Positions 57,401 to 64,000 of a DNA stretch of 64,000 nucleotides are shown in pieces. The first letter of the stretch is position 1. Every line of letters begins with the position of its first letter. Source of the DNA: Eledone cirrhosa (taxonomy: Eukaryota). The translations under genes and the position numbers were made by a program. The notes beneath the pieces were generated by a model. The model was not told the DNA's origin and searched no databases. It worked only from the letters and a program-made list of their open reading frames with translations. The stretch is taken from assembly GCA_964016885.1 (NCBI GenBank), contig OZ024742.1:366420001-366484000 (forward strand). Reading direction: 5' to 3'.

Positions 57401-60330
57401 GGTGGTGTTAGTGGTGTTAGTGGTGGTGGTGTTAGTGGTAGTGGTGTTAGTGTTGGTGGTGCTAGTGGTGGTAGTGTTAGTGGTGGTGGTGTTAGTGCTG
57501 GTGGTGTTAGTGGTGGTGGTGTTAGTGGTAGTGGTGTTAGTGGTGGTGGTGTTGGTGGTGGTGGTGTTGGTGGTGTTAGTGTTGGTGGTGTTAGGGGTGG
57601 TGGTGTTAGTGTTGGTGGTGTTAGTGGTGGTGGTGTTAGAGGTGGTGGTGTTAGTGGTGGTGGTGTTAGGGGTGGTGTGTTAGGGGTGGTGGTGTTAGGG
57701 GGTGTGTTAGAGGTGGTGGTGTTAGTGGTGGTGGTGTTAGTGTTGGTGGTGTTAGTGTTGGTGGTGTTAGTGGTGGTGGTGTTAGTAGTGGTGGTGTTAG
57801 TGTTGGTGGTGTTAGTGTTGGTGGTGTTAGTGTTGGTGGTGTTAGTGTTGGTGGTGTTAGGGGTGGTGGTGTTAGTGGTGGTGGTGTTAGAGGTGGTGGT
57901 GTTAGTGGTGGTGGTGTTAGGGGTCGTGTGTTAGGGGTGGTGGTGTTAGTGGTGGTGGTGTTAGTGTTGGTGGTGTTAGTGTTGGTGGTGTTAGTGGTGG
58001 TGGTGTTAGTAGTGGTGGTGTTAGTGTTTGTGGTGTTAGTGTTGGTGGTGTTAGTGTTGGTGGTGTTAGTGTTGGTGGTGTTAGGGGTGGTGGTGTTAGT
58101 GGTGGTGGTGTTAGAGGTGGTGGTGTTAGTGGTGGTGGTGTTAGGGGTGGTGTGTTAGGGGTGGTGGTGTTAGTGGTGGTGGTGTTAGTGTTGGTGGTGT
58201 TAGTGTTGGTGGTGTTAGTGGTGGTGGTGTTAGTAGTGGTGGTGTTAGTGTTGGTGGTGTTAGTGTTGGTGGTGTTAGTGTTGGTGGTGTTAGTGTTGGT
58301 GGTGTTAGTGGTGGTGGTGTTAGTAGTGGTGGTGTTAGTGTTGGTGGTGTTAGTGTTGGTGGTGTTAGTGTTGGTGGTGTTAGTGGTGGTGGTGTTAGTG
58401 GTGGTGGTGTTGGTGGTGTTGGTGGTGTTAGTGGTGGTGGTGTTAGGGGTGGTGGTGTTAGTGTTGGTGGTGTTAGTGGTGGTGGTGTTAGTGGTGGTGG
58501 TGTTAGTGTTGGTGGTGTTAGTGTTGGTGGTGTTAGTGGTGGTGGTGTTAGGGGTGGTGGTGTTAGTGGTGGTGTTAGTGGTGGTGGTGTTAGGGGTGGT
58601 GGTGTTAGTGTTGATGGTGTTAGGTGTGGTGGTGTTAGTGGTGGTGGTGTTAGGGGTGGTGGTGTTAGTGTTGGTGGTGCTAGTGTTGGTGGTGTTAGTG
58701 GTGGTGGTGTTAGTGTTGGTGGTGTTAGTGGTGGTGGTGTTAGGGGTGGTGGTGTTAGTGTTGATGGTGTTAGGTGTGGTGGTGTTAGTGGTGGTGGTGG
58801 TAGGGGTGGTGGTGTTAGTGTTGGTGGTGTTAGTGTTGGTGGTGTTAGTGGTGGTGGTGTTAGGTGTGGTGGTGTTAGTGGTGGTGTGTTAGGGGTGGTG
58901 GTGTTAGTGTTGGTGGTGTTAGTGTTGGTGGTGTTAGTGTTGGTGGTGTTAGTGGTGGTGGTATTAGTGGTAGTGGTGTTAGTGGTGGTGGTGTTAGGGG
59001 TGGTGGTGTTAGTGGTGGTGGTGTTAGTGTTGGTGGTGTTAGTGGTGGTGGTGTTAGTGGTGGTGGTTATAGTGGTGGTGGTGTTAGTGGTGGTGGTGTT
59101 AGTGGTGGTGGTGTTGGTGGTGTTAGTGTTGGTGGTGTTAGTGGTGGTGGTGTTAGTGGTGGTGGTGTTAGTGTTGGTGGTGTTAGTGGTGGTGGTGTTA
59201 GTGGTGGTGGTTATAGTGGTGGTGGTGTTAGTGGTGGTGGTGTTAGTGGTGGTGGTGTTGGTGGTGTTGGTGTTGGTGGTGGTGGTGTTAGTGGTGGTGG
59301 TGTTAGTGTTGGTGGTGTTAGTGTTGGTGGTGTTAGTGGTGGTGGTGTTAGTGCTGGTAGTGTTAGTGGTGGTGGTGTTAGTGGTGGTGGTGTTAGTGGT
59401 GGTGGTGTTAGTGTTGGTGGTGTTAGTGGTGGTGGTGTTAGTGGTGGTAGTGTTAGTGGTGGTGGTGTTAGTGGTGGTGGTGTTAGTGGTGGTGATGTTA
59501 GTGTTGGTGGTGTTAGTGGTGGTGGTGTTAGTGGTGGTGATGTTAGTGTTGGTGGTGTTAGTGGTGGTGGTGTTAGGGGTGGTGATGTTAGTGTTGGTGG
59601 TGTTAGTGTTGGTGGTGTTAGTGGTGGTGGTGCTAGTGTTGGTGGTGTTAGTGGTGGTGGTGTTAGTGGTGGTGGTGTTAGTGTTGGTGGTGTTCGTGTT
59701 GGTGGTGTTAGTGGTGGTGGTGTTAGTGGTGGTGGTGTTAGTGGTGGTGGTGTTAGTGGTGGTAGTGTTAGGGGTGGTAGTGTTAGTGGTGGTGGTGTTA
59801 GTGGTGGTGGTGTTAGTGGTGGTGGTGTTAGTGGTGGTGGTGTTAGTGTTGGTGGTGTTAGTGGTGGTAGTGTTAGTGGTGGTGGTGTTAGTGGTGGTGG
59901 TGTTAGTGTTGGTGGTGTTAGTGGTGGTGGTGTTAGTGGTGGTGGTGTTAGGGGTGGCGGTGTTAGTGTTGGTGGTGTTAGTGTTGGTGGTGTTAGGGGT
60001 GGCGGTGTTAGTGTTGGTGGTGTTAGTGGTGGTGGTGTTAGTGGTGGTGGTGTTATTGGTGGTGGTGTTAGGGGTGGTGGTGTTAGTGTTGGTGGTGTTA
60101 GTGGTGGTGGTGTTAGTGTTGGTGGTGTTAGGGGTGGCGGTGTTAGTGTTGGTGGTGTTAGTGTTGGTGGTGTTAGGGGTGGCGGTGTTAGTGTTGGTGG
60201 TGTTAGTGGTGGTGGTGTTAGTGGTGGTGGTGTTAGTGGTGGTGGTGTTATTGGTGGTGGTGTTAGGGGTGGTGGTGTTAGTGTTGGTGGTGTTAGGGGT
60301 GGTGGTATTAGGGGTGGTGGTGTTAGTGGT
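24440..60330 (+). repeat. ~36-kb satellite of 15-bp units GTTAGTGGTGGTGGT (main variants GTTAGTGTTGGTGGT, GTTAGGGGTGGTGGT, GTTGGTGGTGGTGGT), ~2400 units
   Basis: Continuous tandem array with almost no C on the plus strand; occasional 9-, 12-, 14- and 18-nt units. Confidence 0.99.
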
Positions 60331-63300
60331 GGTGTTGGTGGTGGTGTTGGTGGTGGTGTTGGTGGTGGTGTTGGTAGTGGACATGGTTGAGGTGGTGTTG
60401 GTGGTGGAGTTGGTGGTGGTGTTGGTGGTAGTGTTGGTGGTGATGTTGGTGGTGGTGTTAGTGGTGGACATGGTTGAGGTGTTGTTGGTGGTTGGTGGTG
60501 GCCATGGTTGAGGTGGTGTTGGTGGTGGTGTTGGTGGTGGAGTTGGTGGTGGTGTTGGGGGAGGACATGGATGAGGTGGTGTAGGTGGTGGTGTTGGTGG
60601 TGGTGTTGGTAGTGGTGTTGGAGGTGGTGTTGGTAGTGGTGTTGGAGGTGGTGTTGGTGGTGGAGTTGGTGGTGGTGTTGGTGGTGGTGTTGGTGGTGGT
60701 GTTGGTAGTGGACATGGTTGAGGTGGTGTTGGTGGTGGTGTTGGAGGGGGTGTTGGTGGTGGTGTTGTAGGTGGTGTTGGTGGTGGTGTTGGTGGTGGTG
60801 TTGGTGGTGGAGTTGGTGGTGGTGTTGGTGGTGGCGTTGGTGGTGGTGTTGGTAGTGGACATGGTTGAGGTGGTGTCGTTGGTGGAGTTGGTGGTGGTGT
60901 TGGTGGTGGAGTTGGTGGTGGGTTGGTGGTGGATATGGTTGAGGTGGTGTTGGTTGTGGTGTTGGTCGTGGTGTTGGTGGTGGAGTTGCTGGTGGTGTTG
61001 GTGGTGGTGTTGGTGGTGGTGTTGGTAGTGGACATGGTTGAGGTGGTGTTGGTGGTGGTGTTGTTGGTGGTGTTGGTGGTGGCCATGGTTGAGGTGGTGT
61101 TGGTGGTGGAGTTGGTCGTGGTGTTGGTGGTGGAGTTGGTGGTGGTGTTGGTGGTGGTGTTGGTAGTGGACATGGTTGAGGTGGTGTTGGTGGTGGTGTT
61201 GGTGGTGGTGTTGGTGGTGGAGTTGGTGGTGGTGTTGGTGGTGGTGTTGGTAGTGGTCATGGTTGAGGTGGTGTTGGTGGTGGAGTTGGTGGTGGTGTTG
61301 GTGGTGGACATGGTTGAGGTGGTGTTGGTGGTGGTGTTGGTGCTGGAGTTGGTGGTGGTGTTGGTGGTGGTGTTGGTAGTGGACATGGTTGAGGTGGTGT
61401 CGTTGGTGGAGTTGGTGGTGGTGTTGGTGGTGGACATGGTTGAGGTGGTGTTGGTGGTGGTGTTGGTGGTGGTGTTGGTGGTGGTGTTGGTAGTGGACAT
61501 TGTTGAGGTGGTGTTGGTGGTAGTGTTGGTGGTGGTGTTGGTGGTGGAGTTGGTGGTGGTGTTGGTGGTGGTGTTGGTAGTGGTCATGGTTGAGTTGGTG
61601 TTGGTGGTGGAGTTGGTGGTGGTGTTGGTGGTGGACATGGTTGAGGTGGTGTTGGTGGTGGTGTTGGTTGTGGAGTTGTTGGTGGTGTTTTTGGTGGTGT
61701 TGGTGGTGGTGTTGGTGGTGGTGTTGGTGGTGGACATGGTTGAGGTAGTGTTGGTGGTGGAGTTGGTGGTGGACATGGTTGAGGTGGTGTTGGTGGTGGT
61801 GTTGGTGGTGGTGTTGGTGGTGGACATGGTTGAGGTGGTGTTGGTGGTGGTGTTAGTGGTGGTGTTGGTGGTGGACATGGTTGAGGTGGTGTTGGTGGTG
61901 GTGTTAGTGGTGGTGTTGGTGGTGGAGTTGGTGGTGGTGTTGGTAGTGGCCATGGTTGAGGTGGTGTTGGTGGTGGTGTTGGTGGTGGTGTTGGTGGTGG
62001 AGTTGGTGGTGGTGTTGGTGGTGGACATGGTTGAGGTGGTGTCGTTGGTGGAGTTGGTGGTGGTGTTGGTGGTGGTGTTGGTGGTGGAGTTGGTGGTGGA
62101 CATGGTTGAGGTGGTGTTGGTGGTGGAGTTGGTCGTGTTGTTGATGATGGTGCTGGAGGTGGTGTTGGTGGTGGTGTTGGTGGTGGTGTTGGTGGTGGTG
62201 TTGGTGGTGGACATGGTTGAGGTGGTGTCGTTGGTGGAGTTGGTGGTGGTGTTGGTGGTGGTGTTGGTGGTGGAGTTGGTGGTGGACATGGTTGAGGTGG
62301 TGTTGGTGGTGGAGTTGGTCGTGTTGTTGGTGATGGTGCTGGAGGTGGTGTTGGTGGTGGTGTTAGTGGTGGTGTTGGTGGTGGACATGGTTTAGGTGGT
62401 GTTGGTGGTGGAGTTGGTGGTGGTGTTGGTGGTGGAGTTGGTGGTGGTGTTGGTAGTGGCCATGGTTGAGGTGGTGTTGGTGGTGGTGTTGGTGGTGGTG
62501 TTGGTGGTGGAGTTGGTGGTGGTGTTGGTGGTGGATATGGTTGAGGTGGTGTCGTTGGTGGAGTTGGTGGTGGTGTTGGTGGTGGTGTTGGTGGTGGAGT
62601 TGGTGGTGGACATGGTTGAGGTGGTGTTGGTGGTGGAGTTGGTGGTGGTGTTGGTGGTGGACATGGTTGAGGTGGTGTTGGTGGTGGAGTTGGTGGTGGT
62701 GTTGGTGCTGGACATGGTTGAGGTGGTGTTGGTGGTGGAGTTGGTGGTGGACATGGTTGAGGTGGTGTTGGTGGTGGAGTTGGTGGTGGAGTTGGTTGTG
62801 TTGTTGGTAGTGGACATGTTTGAGGTGGTGTTGGTGGTGGAGTTGATGTTGGTGTTGGTGGGGGAGTTGATGGTGGTGTTGGTGGTGGACATGGTTGAGG
62901 TGGTGTTGGTAGTGGTGTTGGTGGTGGACATGGTTGAGGTGGTGTTGGTGGTGGAGTTGGTGGTGGTGTTGGTGGTGGACATGGTTGAGGTGGTGTTGGT
63001 GGTGGAGTTGGTGGTGGTGTTGGTGCTGGACATGGTTGAGGTGGTGTTGGTGGTGGAGTTGGTGGTGGACATGGTTGAGGTGGTGTTGGTGGTGGAGTTG
63101 GTGGTGGAGTTGGTTGTGTTGTTGGTAGTGGACATGTTTGAGGTGGTGTTGGTGGTGGAGTTGATGTTGGTGTTGGTGGGGGAGTTGATGGTGGTGTTGG
63201 TGGTGGACATGGTTGAGGTGGTGTTGGTAGTGGTGTTGGTGGTGGCCATGGTTGAGGTGGTGTTGGTGGTGGTTTTGGTGGTGGTGTTGGTGGTGGTGTT

Positions 63301-63340
63301 GGTGGTGGTGTTGGTGCTGGCCATGGATGAGGTGGTGTTG
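60330..63340 (+). repeat. 12-bp-based compound repeat (GTTGGTGGTGGT, GTTGGTGGTGGA, GGACATGGTTGAGGTGGT)
   Basis: Abrupt change from the TTAG-containing 15-mer. The minus strand reads TTSTMSTTNTTTNSTTN. Confidence 0.95.
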
Positions 63341-64000
63341 GTGTGTGTGGTATGGTTTTGTGTGTGGTGTGGTGTGTGTTGTGGTGTGTAGTGGCGAGGT
63401 GTGGTGTGTGGTGTAGTGTGTGGTGTGTGGTGTGTGGTGTGGTGTGTGGTATGTGGTGTGTGGTGTGGTGTGCGGTGTGGTGTGTGGTGTGGTGTGTTGT
63501 GTGGTTTGTGGTGTTGTGTGTGATGTGTGTTGTGTGTGTGTCTGGTGTGTGATGTGGCGTGGTGTGGTGTTTGTTGTGTGGTGTTTCGTGTGTGGTGTGT
63601 GGTGTGTGGTGTGTATTGCGTAGTGTGTGGTGTGGTGTGTGGTGTGGTGTATGGTGTGTGATGTGGTGTGATGTGTGGTGTGTGGAGTGGTGTGTGGTGT
63701 GGTTTGTGAGGTGGTGGTGCGGTCTGTGGTGTGTGAGGTGGTGGTGCGGTCTGTGGTGTGTGTGGTGCGTGTGGTGTGGTGTGGTGTGTGTATGTGGTGT
63801 GTATGTGTGGTGTATGTAGCGTGTGCGTGGTGTATGTGGTGTGAGAATGTGGTGTGTGGTCTGGTGTGTGGTGTGGTGTGTGGTGTGTTTTGTATGTGGT
63901 GTGTGTATTTGGTGAGTGTGGCTGGTGTGGTGTGTGTGTGGTGTGTGGTGTGGTGTGTTGTGTGTGGTGTGGTGTGCGTGTGGTGTGGTGTGTGTGGTGT
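63340..64000. repeat. Degenerate (TGTGG)/(TG)n low-complexity tract
   Basis: Direct inspection; it runs to the window end. Confidence 0.95.

Noticed and set aside
63340-64000. Resemblance to yeast TG1-3 telomeric DNA
   Set aside because: Degenerate TGTGG microsatellite with many interruptions in an animal-like genome; no tandem TTAGGG tract, so no true telomere is visible.

Overview
Repeat-dense eukaryotic DNA. The tRNA-derived SINEs resemble Octopus OK/OR families as I recall them, so the source is probably a coleoid cephalopod (inference). No intact host gene can be supported. Bases 1-24.4 kb are a mosaic of microsatellites and transposon remnants: 3' fragments of a CR1/L2-type and an RTE LINE, about 9 SINE pieces, MITE-like hairpins, a 5'-truncated Penelope-like element (stop-free GIY-YIG frame between inverted pseudo-LTRs) and a young 1.9-kb non-autonomous LTR element (552-bp LTRs, tRNA-Trp PBS, 4-bp TSD) inserted in a 35-36-bp G-rich minisatellite. 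The most notable signal is six type-I hammerhead ribozyme motifs from four unrelated sequence families, with three core types (canonical CUGAUGA, CCGANGA, and compensatory UUGAAAA) plus one mutated copy, mostly inside foldback elements. A complete tRNA-like cloverleaf also sits inside nested inverted repeats. Bases 24.4-60.3 kb are one 15-bp GT-rich satellite (about 2400 units) with nested kb-scale higher-order duplications. It grades into a 12-bp-based repeat that reads as a Thr/Asn/Ser mucin-like frame on the minus strand, then into degenerate TG repeats. Most ORF-track entries are artefacts of low-complexity DNA.
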